Shown in pieces: positions 1-10,480 of a stretch of DNA of 40,808 bases (its first letter is position 1; each line of letters starts with the position of its first letter). The stretch spans positions 34,102,402 to 34,143,209 of the forward strand of contig NC_068998.1 in the NCBI RefSeq assembly GCF_001194135.2. The letters are read 5' to 3'. The notes beneath the pieces were generated by a model, which saw only the letters and a list, made by a program, of their open reading frames with translations, ran no database searches and was not told the origin of the DNA. Position numbers and translations under genes: made by a program. Origin of the DNA: Octopus bimaculoides (taxonomy: Eukaryota).

Positions 1-745
1 TAGTACATTTAAGTTGTAATTCGCTTAGGTTGACCACTGACCACAAGAATTTCATGTTTGATGTTCCAAGTCTATTCTGGCATGACACCTCTTATTTACG
101 ACCCACCACTGATATAGACAGACACAGCTCATACATATCTATCCCTTATGACCTTTAAGATCTCTGTATCTATTCTATTTATCACTTTATCTTCTTCTAC
201 ATTTAGTTTGTTCCTCACCACCCTTCACCAACCCATCTAAATAGCTTAGATGTAGCTTACTTGACTATCCAGACTTTCTCTTATTACTTCCTAGATTACC
301 CGCCCCACCGATATGACTTCCTTTATTTTTAATTTTTTAATTTTTTATTTTATTGTATTTTAAGTTTTATTTTTATTTTAAGTTTATTCTTACTTTTTTA
401 CATGAATATCTGTGTATGTCTTTTTATTGTATTGTATTGTTCTTAACCACCAACTTAACACTACACACTGAATCGTGGCAAGGTATGGAAGGTTTTTCGG
501 AGGACCGGAGTGATTATGTCTGGGTGGAGAATTATACGAGGTATAGTACCGAAAAGATCTTCACCTCTTACATCACACCTTTCTTCCTACTTCAACGCCG
601 AGGTGGTATAATTTCCTGGGAGAGAGATAATTTTGCGGCTGAGGATAGCTTTACATTGTAAATTATACACATGTAAAGCTTGAAACACGTGTACCGCGGA
701 ATCCTTTGTAGTTTTGTTGTTATTTTTTGGATTTACAATTTATAT
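1..745 (+). mobile_element. Probable Penelope-like element 3' terminal region (pLTR); left boundary not defined
   Basis: Contains a minimal type I hammerhead (631-701) and ends in a (TA)n tract at ~741-767, as the other PLE ends in this window do. No PLE protein motif is recognisable here. Confidence 0.5.
631..701 (+). ncRNA. Type I hammerhead ribozyme (minimal stem III, PLE-type)
   Basis: Stem I TTTTGCGG/CCGCGGAA. Core CTGAGGA at 639-645. Stem II AGCTTTACAT/ATGTAAAGCT (10 bp, with a U.U pair at its base). GAAA at 682-685. Stem III AC-ACGT-GT. Cleavage triplet GTA at 691-693. Confidence 0.85.
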
Positions 746-767
746 ATATATATACATATATATATAT

Positions 768-900
768 AAGCAATGTTAATTCTCTAAATGAAGTATTAAC
801 AGTAACTGCACGATAAAGTGTAGTATATTGCCACTTAAGTGTGGCTGACCCCTAGGGGTGAAAACAAGCAATGTTAATTCTCTAAATGAAGTATTAACAG
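768..900. repeat. 35-bp direct repeat with 98-bp period next to an assembly gap
   Basis: aagcaatgttaattctctaaatgaagtattaacag occurs at 768-802 and 866-900. Confidence 0.85.
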
Positions 901-1766
901 NNNNNNNNNNNNNNNNNNNNNNNNNNNNNNNNNNNNNNNNNNNNNNNNNNNNNNNNNNNNNNNNNNNNNNNNNNNNNNNNNNNNNNNNNNNNNNNNNNNN
1001 NNNNNNNNNNNNNNNNNNNNNNNNNNNNNNNNNNNNNNNNNNNNNNNNNNNNNNNNNNNNNNNNNNNNNNNNNNNNNNNNNNNNNNNNNNNNNNNNNNNN
1101 NNNNNNNNNNNNNNNNNNNNNNNNNNNNNNNNNNNNNNNNNNNNNNNNNNNNNNNNNNNNNNNNNNNNNNNNNNNNNNNNNNNNNNNNNNNNNNNNNNNN
1201 NNNNNNNNNNNNNNNNNNNNNNNNNNNNNNNNNNNNNNNNNNNNNNNNNNNNNNNNNNNNNNNNNNNNNNNNNNNNNNNNNNNNNNNNNNNNNNNNNNNN
1301 NNNNNNNNNNNNNNNNNNNNNNNNNNNNNNNNNNNNNNNNNNNNNNNNNNNNNNNNNNNNNNNNNNNNNNNNNNNNNNNNNNNNNNNNNNNNNNNNNNNN
1401 NNNNNNNNNNNNNNNNNNNNNNNNNNNNNNNNNNNNNNNNNNNNNNNNNNNNNNNNNNNNNNNNNNNNNNNNNNNNNNNNNNNNNNNNNNNNNNNNNNNN
1501 NNNNNNNNNNNNNNNNNNNNNNNNNNNNNNNNNNNNNNNNNNNNNNNNNNNNNNNNNNNNNNNNNNNNNNNNNNNNNNNNNNNNNNNNNNNNNNNNNNNN
1601 NNNNNNNNNNNNNNNNNNNNNNNNNNNNNNNNNNNNNNNNNNNNNNNNNNNNNNNNNNNNNNNNNNNNNNNNNNNNNNNNNNNNNNNNNNNNNNNNNNNN
1701 NNNNNNNNNNNNNNNNNNNNNNNNNNNNNNNNNNNNNNNNNNNNNNNNNNNNNNNNNNNNNNNNNN
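901..1766. other. Assembly gap (N run). Further gaps: 5170-5319, 23040-23098, 25040-25566, 27192-27614, 28998-29029, 33456-33465, 34855-34863
   Basis: Runs of n, most of them flanked by microsatellites. Confidence 0.98.
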
Positions 1767-1932
1767 AGATGTGTGTATTTTTCCCTTGTTAACAATTAAC
1801 ATGGTATAAATCGATAAATAGTTACCAGGGTAGCAAAGAATCACACAAGTAAAAATTGTGTAACTCCTTGTTTTTAAAGGTAGAAACTCTGGGTTTATGT
1901 GAAATATTTTGTATGATATATATATATATAAA

Positions 1933-2430
1933 TAAATGGAGCTAAATGCAGGTGTTAGTCAAATTCCTGTACTTCTGACACATGCTTTGAAGATATCACT
2001 GGTATTATTCCAAAGGATTAAAATGGTGTAAAACAATGTAATCTTCTCTTCAAGGAAACGAAGAAATGAAACTCGTCAATAAGACATTTTAACAGAATAT
2101 GATGGATATGTAAAGTGATGAACTGAACGCTATTAAGTCTGTTTAAAAAACGTCAGAGGATATAACGTCAAAGTTAGCCTATAGAAAGAGGAGTGGGTAA
2201 AGGAAAGAAAAAAAAACAAATAAATGAGAAGTATATAACGATATGTAAATTAAATAAAACCCTAAAGTCTTGGAAAAAGATTTATGGATGGTATTAGTTA
2301 AATTAATGTTAGTATTAGTAAATGTATCCCTATTTAACAGGCTAATATTATGTGAGGAGATAATTTGTAAGAGATTTTTTGTGTTTGAAAAGCCAATCCT
2401 AACCTTGTGTGACTTGATAAAAGAATAATA
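1933..2430 (-). mobile_element. PLE fragment, inverted and internally deleted partner of 2436-3372
   Basis: The reverse complement of ~1933-2282 matches ~3015-3372, and 2283-2349 matches 2436-2502. The minus frame reads KVRIGFSNTKNLLQIISSHNISLL, similar to the PLE pre-endonuclease motif VKVSYSCMxNxxxIISSHN. Confidence 0.75.
1973..2057 (-). ncRNA. Decayed hammerhead motif (probably inactive)
   Basis: Minus strand reads TTCC-TTGAAGA-GAAGAT...ATCTTC-AAAGC-ATGT-GTC-AGAA, with core substitutions relative to CTGAAGA and GAAAC. Confidence 0.5.
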
Positions 2431-2435
2431 CCTAG

Positions 2436-2946
2436 AATATTAGCCTGTTAAATAGGGATACATTTACTAATACTAACATTAATTTAGCTAATACCATCCA
2501 TACCCCTAGAAATATTAATAACAAGGTTATTGTATCTGAACTGAATTACAAAAGAATCAAGTTTATGTCAAGTAACATTAAAATTAGAATTTACTGTACC
2601 AGTGTAACATTACTTCAGATAAAGATGTATTTTTATATAGGCAGTTCATCTTCTCCGTTATCTAAAAGAATTTCTAATCATTATTCTACATTTAGGGATA
2701 GGTATAAACGTAACAGTACAGGGTTTAGTAAATTAATTTGGTGGTATCTAAAAGACCACAATAAACAATTTAATTTAGTTTGGTTGATTCTCTCAATTTC
2801 GATCCCTTATGATAAAGGCAAGGAATTCTGTCTTTTCTGTAATTCTGAACTATTTTAAATTATTTTTTCTAAAAATCCCCATGTAAACACGGTTATAGAG
2901 CATGCCTACTGATGTAAACATTGGCAGAAACACACCTTTAGTTCAT
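2436..2946 (+). pseudogene. PLE GIY-YIG endonuclease C-terminal fragment
   Basis: Open frame 2436-2858: RIYC...YIGSSSSPLSKRISNHYSTF...STGFSKLIW..LKD...IPYDKGKEFCLFCNSE. It continues disrupted to CKHWQKH. Matches PLE endonucleases of the YIG-x-R-x-NH / CNLC-x-E / CRH type. Confidence 0.85.
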
Positions 2947-3240
2947 AAAGTGATATCTATCATTATATATAATTTAAGCATTAATTTTCTTCTTACATTT
3001 CACATTCACTAGATATATCTTTTTCCAAGACATTAGGGTCTTATTTAATTTACATATCGTTATATACTTCTCATTTATTTGGTTTTTTTCTTTCCTTTAC
3101 CCCTCCTCTTTCTATAGGCTAACTTTGACGTTATATCCTCTAATGTTTTTTTTTTTTAAACTTAGTAGTGTTCAGTTAATAACTATACATATCCATCATA
3201 TTCTGTTAAAATATCTTATTGACGAGTTTCATTTCTTCAT

Positions 3241-3333
3241 TTCCCTGAAGAGAAGAAGAGAAGATTACATTGTTTTACACCATTTTATTCCTTTGGAATA
3301 ATACCAGTGATATCTTCGAAACAGGTGTCAGAA
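3241..3333 (+). ncRNA. Type I hammerhead motif with intact core and one stem I mismatch
   Basis: TTCC, CTGAAGA (3245-3251), stem II GAAGA/TCTTC, GAAA (3318-3321), C-AGGT-GTC, then AGAA. GGAA would be expected, and a CpG-type change would explain AGAA. Confidence 0.65.
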
Positions 3334-3368
3334 GTAAAAAAATTTGAATAACACCTGTGTTTAACTCC

Positions 3369-3371
<3 letters not shown>

Positions 3372-3426
<55 letters not shown>
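3372..3426. repeat. (TA)n microsatellite
   Basis: Direct reading. Confidence 0.97.
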
Positions 3427-3434
<8 letters not shown>

Positions 3435-3436
3435 AT

Positions 3437-3730
3437 GCAAATACATGGTGGCATATATCGTCGTAAGAGAAGAGCTCTGATTGTCATAATTTCCCAAGTC
3501 AGGTGTAATATTCTTGGGTCATTCTATCTTTATTCACATCACCATGATATGATGTTTTCATCAATACCTAGGTGTCTGTAGCATTCTTTTTGTGAAACAA
3601 GAGATAGAGAGGAATAGTTGCTGCACAGATTCTGAGTTTAAGGAATTGATTTTCCTCAGGCAACCATTTACAAATATTTCTTTTGGTAAAATTCCATCCC
3701 TATGTCAGCTGAAAATATGGTTACTAACTC
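3437..3730 (-). mobile_element. Decayed R4/Dong-type LINE reverse transcriptase fragment
   Basis: Minus strand with frameshifts and stops: FSADIGMEF...ECYRHLGIDENI/SYHGDVNKDRMTQEYY*LGKL*QSELFSY, similar to the R4-clade motifs DIGMxFG and YKYLG..ENI...ELS. Confidence 0.65.
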
Positions 3731-4324
3731 CAGCTGCTATTTAACATTGTAAAGATATTTATTATAAATCTTCAGGTCAACCACAAAGAAATGAAGGATT
3801 ACATTTGCATCTCCAGCAGTTGCAGACTCTAACTGGGTGACTATCAGATTTTTATAACAGAAGTGGGAATAGATTTAATGCTAAAATAAACAGAATTATA
3901 GAAAAACTATTTCTTTAAAATATTCCCTTAACAACATTTATAACATCAGAGATAATCATATCACTCTCAATCGTAAGTGTGAAGATTGTTGTCCAGGTCT
4001 TTGTAGACCTCTCAGTATCCAACTATTAGTCCTCTTCCATGTCATTTCCTATTATGCAGTTTGCTTACAGCTATGGTGGAAATTTGTGGAAGTGTACTGC
4101 ATCAGTTGAAGGTTTTAATGAAATTGCAAGTTGAGTTTCATTTAATATTGCATGAATTTTCAGAGTCAGTGTTCGTATTTGTTTCAATTGTATGACTTTT
4201 CTACTCTATCTGTTATTTTAATGATAGTAACTGAATAGGGAATGTGATACAAATGTCTTCATTCCTTTATTTGTAGTGTGTGTGTGTGTGTGTGTTTGTG
4301 TGTTGAGCAACTAACCCTCAGCCC

Positions 4325-5040
4325 ATTGGTTGATAAAGCCATACCATCACTTCTTGATCTGCGACCTGGTCTGCATTTGACAAGTGGCATGCTGTGTATC
4401 AGTACAGGTTACGTTTTCTAGGTGGGGAGAGTGGATTTTGTCCAGCACAAGAAAATTCCACTTTAAACAAACTCATAGTGCATGAGGACAAATCAAGCAA
4501 TAGCATTGGAGACAAGTGGAGAAAGCTACTGGGGGTCTGTAGCTTGAGCTTTTTATGTATGGTGATATGAAGTAGATGGCTGTTCAGTGAAACTTATGTG
4601 AGCAATTTCACAATGTCTCTTCTTTGATCTTCAAAGCAGCCTATTTAGGATGGCACTGTTTTCCCCCATGTGCACTAAAAATTGTTTGCTCACACTATCC
4701 AGTCATTATACTGCCAATAACTGGACTTTCAATCATGTAGTTGAAAAAATATGAGAAGACGAAGGATAAAGTGGGGAGAAACAAATATGAGTACAGTAAG
4801 TTGGAACATACACACACTCCAGGACCACAAGAAACATGAGCACAAAACAATACTTATAGCTCAGTTTTTGAAAAGTAAAAATGTTAGTATTGAAAAGTAA
4901 AAATGTTAGTATTGAAAAGTAAAAATGTTAGTATAGACAAGACTACCAGATCCCGGTCAGCTGAATGAAATTGAAGGATACACTTTCTTCTGGATTGGTA
5001 AATCAGAAGCAATGGGAATATTTGTGGGTTTCACTATTAG
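4325..5040 (+). mobile_element. RTE-type LINE 5' fragment (putative 5' UTR plus APE endonuclease N-terminus)
   Basis: 4790-5040 reads VSWNIHTLQD...KTILIAQFL...QLNEIEGYTFFWIGK...VGFTI with frameshifts, similar to RTE WNVRTL...TALVAREL...GYTFFWSG...VGFAI. Confidence 0.6.
4868..4934. repeat. 22-bp tandem repeat, three copies
   Basis: ttgaaaagtaaaaatgttagta three times with no spacers. Confidence 0.95.
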
Positions 5041-5319
5041 TAATGTTATTGTATATTAACTAGAAACTTTACCAAATAGAATTAACGATTGTCTTACATC
5101 AATGGAATTAATGATTGTCTTACTTTTGCTGATTGTCAAGCAAGCAGTGATGGGGGGACAAACACACACNNNNNNNNNNNNNNNNNNNNNNNNNNNNNNN
5201 NNNNNNNNNNNNNNNNNNNNNNNNNNNNNNNNNNNNNNNNNNNNNNNNNNNNNNNNNNNNNNNNNNNNNNNNNNNNNNNNNNNNNNNNNNNNNNNNNNNN
5301 NNNNNNNNNNNNNNNNNNN

Positions 5320-5353
<34 letters not shown>

Positions 5354-5365
5354 TTATATATAAAT

Positions 5366-5525
5366 ATACAATGGGCTTCTTTCAGTTTCTGTCTACCAAA
5401 TCCACTCACAAGGTTTTGGTTGGCCCAAGGTTATAGTAGGAGGCACTTGCCCAAGATGTTACACAGTGAGAATGAACTTGGAACCACATTGTTAGGAAGC
5501 AAGCTTCTTACCATACAGCCATGTC
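5366..5525 (-). mobile_element. tRNA-type SINE, family A
   Basis: Minus strand tggctgtatggtaagaagcttgcttcc...ttgggcaagtg...aaaccttgtgagtggatttggtagacagaaactgaaagaagccc, homologous to copies at 17474, 20860, 29185 and 30640. A/B-box-like head. Resembles described octopus SINEs, family name unverified. Confidence 0.8.
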
Positions 5526-5687
5526 TGTTCATGTATTACATCTTTATATTTATTCATTATTATATATCTCAAATATTTTATTTCATTTTTCTCATATGAT
5601 CATGTATATCTCTGTGTGTGAGTGAATCTGCATTTTATATATATATAAATATGTTTGTACATATACCTATACACACACACATATTTA

Positions 5688-5689
5688 TT

Positions 5690-5743
<54 letters not shown>
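5688..5743. repeat. (TATC)n microsatellite
   Basis: Direct reading. Confidence 0.95.
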
Positions 5744-5745
<2 letters not shown>

Positions 5746-5973
5746 CACACACATACACACATATATATGTATGTATATAGTTATGTATATGCATGTGTGT
5801 GTGTCTACATATAGTTAAATGTACATATGTATATGTGTGTGTGTGTATCCATGCGTATGTATAAGTAAATAGCTATATGTAAATTTTTAAAAATATCTCA
5901 TTAAATACTTTACGAAAAAAAATACACTCCAACAGAATTCAGCTGTAGAAATATTTTTAAATATTAACACTAG

Positions 5974-6302
5974 TTATTATAGAGATATCAGAGAAATAAC
6001 TGTTAGAGAGAGACAATATGAAAAATTTGACATTTGAAGTGGAACATGATTTAAAAAAAATATTCTATGATCATGTAATTTAATATTTTCTGAAGCAAAA
6101 CACATATATGTTGTAGGAACATTATTAAAATTGGTAATACAAGAAGTCAATGTTGATTAACAGAGGAAAAAATTATTATAAATATCAAAAATCCTCAAGA
6201 AAAATTATTTTCAAGAATTTTTCTAATATACCATTCCACTTCAAATACCAAAGTTCTCATTTTATCTCCATAACAGCTATTTCTCTAATATCTTTCTAAT
6301 AA
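5974..6302. mobile_element. Foldback/MITE-like element with ~75-bp imperfect terminal inverted repeats
   Basis: 5974-6048 (ttattatagagatatcagagaaataactgtta...catttgaagtggaa) aligns with the reverse complement of 6228-6302. No clear TSD. Confidence 0.5.
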
Positions 6303-6429
6303 CCGTTTATAATATTTTAAAACGCTTCTGTTGAATTATATGTTTGTAATTTTTTTTTTTGGTATATGATATTTAATGAGCTTTGTTCTTGAAGATTATT
6401 TATACTCATGTACACAAATATACACTTAC

Positions 6430-6490
6430 TCATACATGCATACATACATACATGCATGCATACATACATACATGCATACATACATACATG

Positions 6491-6520
<30 letters not shown>
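6430..6520. repeat. (TACA)n/(TGCA) compound microsatellite
   Basis: Direct reading. Confidence 0.95.
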
Positions 6521-6524
<4 letters not shown>

Positions 6525-7038
6525 TGTTGTGCACATGTGTGTTTGTATATGTGTATATAAAAACATGTATAATTATATATGTTTATATATATGTATATAT
6601 ACATCATACATATGTATACACACATGTGAGTGTTAGTATGTAGATGTATACACACACACACATACAGTTAAATGAGAAATGAAATGAAATATAGGCTTCT
6701 GTAAAATACTTTGGTCGTGCATTTTATAATGATTATATGTAACTATTGAGAGGAAGTACCAACTAAATATCATAACTTGCTGTTAAATGTAGCAATTTTA
6801 AACTGTTAAAAAGTAAACAGTGAAAATTTCTGATTTTACTTTGTCTCCTGATATCTAAATAAAACATACACAGATTCTAATCTGATGATGTTAGGTGGAA
6901 ATACTGGATTAAGGCAGCTATTTTTTAATATTTTACTTTCTATATGATTATTTGCTGACATTTAGAAGCACATTCCAATATGTTCAGTTCCTAGGAAAGT
7001 CACTCAGCCACCTATTGTCCTATTGTTCACACTTCTAG

Positions 7039-7745
7039 CATCATCATCACCATTATCATCATTTAGTGTCCGTGGTTCATGCTGGCAGAGGTTGGAAGAT
7101 TTGACCTGGGCTGGCAAGCTGGAAGGTTGCACCAGACTCCAGTCTGATTTGCCATTGTTTCTATGGCTGGATGCCCTTCCTTCACCAACTACTCTGAGAG
7201 TGTAATGGATGCTTTTACGAGCCACTGCGATTTTACTTGGCTTGACGGGTCTTCTTCTCAAGCATGACATATGGCTAAAGGTCACAGTCATTGCCTCCAC
7301 AAGGACCAACACTTGAAAGGTGCTTTTTACGTATCACTGGCATCAGGCACTTTGCCTCCATGAGGCCTAATGCTTGCATGGTGTTTTTTATGTGCCACCA
7401 GAATGGGTGCCAGTTACACAGCACAGTCATCAACCATGACTATGATTTCATTTGGCTTGACATGTCTTCTCAAGCACAACATATTGTCAAACGTCTCAGT
7501 CACTAGTCATTGCATTTGTGAGGCCCAAAGTTCAAAGATCATGCTTCCCCACCTCATCCCATGTCTCTCTGGGTTTACTTCGACCACAAGTTTCCTCCAC
7601 AGTTAGAGATCAGCACTTCTTTATGCAGCTATCCTCGTCCATATGCATCATATGACCATACCAGCACAGTCATCTCTCTTGCACACCACATCTGATGCTT
7701 CTTATGTCCAACTTTTATCTCAAGATGCTTACACTCTGTCAAACA
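7039..7745 (-). mobile_element. RTE-type LINE 3' end (ORF C-terminus, 3' UTR, (GAT)n tail)
   Basis: Minus strand: DIRSIRCGVQER..WYGHMMHMDEDSCIK...GRSKPRETWDEV..HDL. The 3' UTR has gaagggcatccagccatagaaac and ends in atgatgatg. Confidence 0.8.
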
Positions 7746-8950
7746 TCTCTAAGTTAATGGAAACAGTGGTTAACATTGATGCTCACCATCACCTTAAATC
7801 CCTCTCTCTTTGTCTCTTCTCTAATCATTAGAAGACTGAATTTTCTATGTCACTCCACAGTGAGTATTCATTTTAGAGAAGTTTCGTGAAAGCAGAGTTT
7901 TTTGCCCTTGCTATCTGCAAAACCTTCTAGTGTGTCTAACATTCAAATCTCCTATCAAAATATTCTGCCTGTGAGCTACACACTGCTCTCTTCTCTCATT
8001 TTTCTATGCATCAACGATTTACTCAATACCAATAATGTCTTTACTTGTGCAGTAATGCTCATTTCTCTCTAACCTCTCTACCAGTAATACCCATTCCCCC
8101 TCTAACCTTCTCCAACTATGCATCTAAAAATCACATGCCAAACCTGCAATGATTCCTGGAACCATGCCAATCTTGTTTTCTTTATAAATAGTAAAAGAAA
8201 CTCAAGAGAACATCCGCCCCCAACTACACCCCTAAACACGAGTGTAAGAGCTAGAAATGATAAGTCTAAGGCTTTCAGTAATTTGTTGTAAACTCTAAAA
8301 CAAATAATTCATCTGGCATTTACAATTGGCTGTTGTCTTCAGGTCCACAATCATAAAAATAATAAAAATTCTCAGCAGTAAACCATTCTTCTTTAGGGAT
8401 TGTTAAAATAAATTTCGTTTGCTGGATTGCACTGTAAAAAATGAAACAAAAAATGGAATCCTTTTGAGGTATTCTACATATGTTAGGTGGTTAATAAGGG
8501 AAATTGATGATATTGAGAGATATCACTGAATTTGCACTATGCATCTCTTTCTAATCCTTCTCAATATTTTTATCCTCGTCCTCTATTTCCTATTCATCAT
8601 CATCATCTTCACATTCATTATTGTAATTATTTCAGCATCTGTCTCCCTGGTAACACTGGTTAAGCTATCTTGTATTGTCATATCTTAGAAGTCTGATTTG
8701 TTGAACATTATGTGACTTCAGGTTTTTTTGAAATAGCAACTTGAAATAATGAAGTGCAACAGTTCTAACTAATGGAACTCAAATCATGCATAACTAAAAC
8801 TCATCCCCAACTACAAATACAGAGTGCCTGCCATCTGCTCTTCTAACAGTTGTACTCTAACACTTCAAAACAATTTGTCTGCTACTCAGTGCTCTCAGGA
8901 TAGGGTATTCAATTTATGTTGAACTTTCAGTAACTAATTCATAACTTGTT

Positions 8951-9055
8951 ATTTTGGTTTTTGGTGACTGTGTTTCATATATGTTGCTTGAGTTAACTTT
9001 ATGAAAGAGTTGACTCGAGCAACAAATATGAAACACAATTACCAGACAACAAAAT
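8951..9055. repeat. ~105-nt near-perfect inverted repeat
   Basis: Arm 8951-8998 pairs with 9008-9055 around the 9-nt loop ttatgaaag. Confidence 0.9.
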
Positions 9056-9493
9056 CATGCTAAAGTGACATTCAAAATAACAAAATAAATAACTGTAACA
9101 AACAAGCACAATTTGTATCCTCAAATGACAATTCCACACAGTTATTAGGAAGATTGAGGTGAATTTAGTGATGCAGAAGGAAATGAAATAAAGCTGTTGG
9201 GAAAAAACAGAAGCTAATGTTGTCCAATGGGCAATATGTCAATATTCTAGCATGAAAATGGATAAGCAGTTGTGCAAATAGATATAAAATGTGGTACAAA
9301 AAAAGATGACCTGGCCATAAACAATTGGAGCATACCTGACAAAACTCACAAAGAAATTTCTTCAAACCATCAGATAAAATTACCAATGATAGAAGTGAAA
9401 CTCTTTGTACACTGATAAATATCTTGATCAATCCCTTCTAGCATCACCTGAAGGGATGCAAAATTATCAAATTGAAATAAACAGGATGTAGGG

Positions 9494-9756
9494 CAATGGT
9501 TCTCAACCACTTTTTTAAGCTATGGACCCCTTTGATTCTTATTTTGCTTAGGTGGATCCTCATACCCATTCAATGTTTAAAAAGTCTTATATTTTTTAAT
9601 TGAATATTATTAGGAATTGTATAAAAACAAAAGATTGTTAAAATATTTCGTGTATTATAGAAATATAATTTCTATAATTTCTTCCACATTAATTTTTTCA
9701 AGAAATTCTTATATGGATCCCCAAGGGTTATATAGACTCCCTGTTGAGAACCACTG
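9494..9756. mobile_element. hAT (Charlie-like) MITE
   Basis: TIRs caatggttctcaac / gttgagaaccactg. The 8-bp TSD atgtaggg (9486-9493) / ctgtaggg (9757-9764) matches at 7 of 8 positions. Confidence 0.85.
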
Positions 9757-10284
9757 CTGTAGGGCATGAAAGTGTAGGTGGTTCCAATTATAATTGATGA
9801 GTCAAGTGTAATTTTAAAAAGAACATGGACAAAAATATAAAAATCACAAAAATACACCTTACACAGTCATTCTTGGTGCAACCACATCCCATAGCTTACA
9901 TCTCCTCCCCATCCTCTTCCTCCTCCCCTTCTTTTCCTCTTCTTCTTCTTTTTCTTATTCCTCCTCCACCTCTCCCTCCTCCTCCTCCTCCTCATCATCA
10001 CAGTCATTACTGTAATTGTTTCATCATCTATTTTTAGTTCAATGACCCAAAATAATCAATCTACACAACACATGCAAAACATAATTTCCACCCAGTAATA
10101 TAATGTAATACACTTCATCACCCATGATGTATCCAGCCCATAGGTCCTACTATTGTCACTATGCTCTGATCACCTTTCCCTGAAAATCAAATCTCTGAAA
10201 TCTCTTCTCTGCTCATGTCTTTCTTGCAGACCAACTTATAATAATTTTAAGTGAAACATTAATAGCATCAGTTTCACCAGAGTG

Positions 10285-10480
10285 AGCCAGCAGTATCATT
10301 TGCATGCTGGGTAAAATGCTTAGTAGCATTTCGTCCATCTTTTTACATTCTGATTCAAATTCCATTGGGATCAACTTTGCCTTTTATCCTTTTGAGATTA
10401 ATAAAGTAATTACCAGTTGATGTAATTGACTTACCCACTTCCCTGACATTACTGGCCTTGTGCCAACATTTAAAGCCAAT
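10285..10480 (+). mobile_element. tRNA-type SINE, family B (decayed)
   Basis: aaaatgcttagtagcatttcgtcc...ttctgattcaaattcc...actttgccttt...cttgtgccaa, homologous to 29307-29537. Confidence 0.65.

Larger units (their letters stand above)
2436..3372 (+). mobile_element. 5'-truncated PLE: GIY-YIG end plus pLTR, ending at (TA)n
   Basis: GIY-YIG reading frame, then an AT-rich 3' region with a hammerhead motif, then (TA)n from ~3372. Confidence 0.85.

Noticed and set aside
353-661. 102-aa ORF
   Set aside because: It starts in low-complexity T-rich sequence, has no recognisable motif and overlaps the hammerhead.
776-1844. Long ORFs of 313-339 aa (similar cases at 5056-5599, 22921-23198, 24632-25819, 27112-27728)
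   Set aside because: They stay open only because they run through N gaps.
2903-2936. ctgatg...ggcagaaac as another hammerhead
   Set aside because: The core order and stems do not fit. It is better read as the coding end of the endonuclease (CKHWQKH).
4328-4390. HDV-like ribozyme at the RTE 5' end (GGTTG/CGACC and CACTT/AAGTG pairings)
   Set aside because: Only ~7 nt lie between the putative P2 and P1 strands, so there is no room for P3/L3, and there is no P1.1 CC.
4868-4934. CRISPR-like repeat
   Set aside because: Contiguous tandem copies without spacers, inside a eukaryotic LINE remnant.
6317-6661. Y/M/H/C/I-rich ORFs here and at 18477-18841, 21167-21564, 33906-34988 and 40245-40710
   Set aside because: These are translations of di- and tetranucleotide microsatellites. 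Only the TE-derived parts noted in the features are meaningful.
8400-8760. Possible pogo/Tigger transposase C-terminus on the minus strand (ETDAEII plus an acidic run)
   Set aside because: The similarity is too short, with no TIR or catalytic motif.
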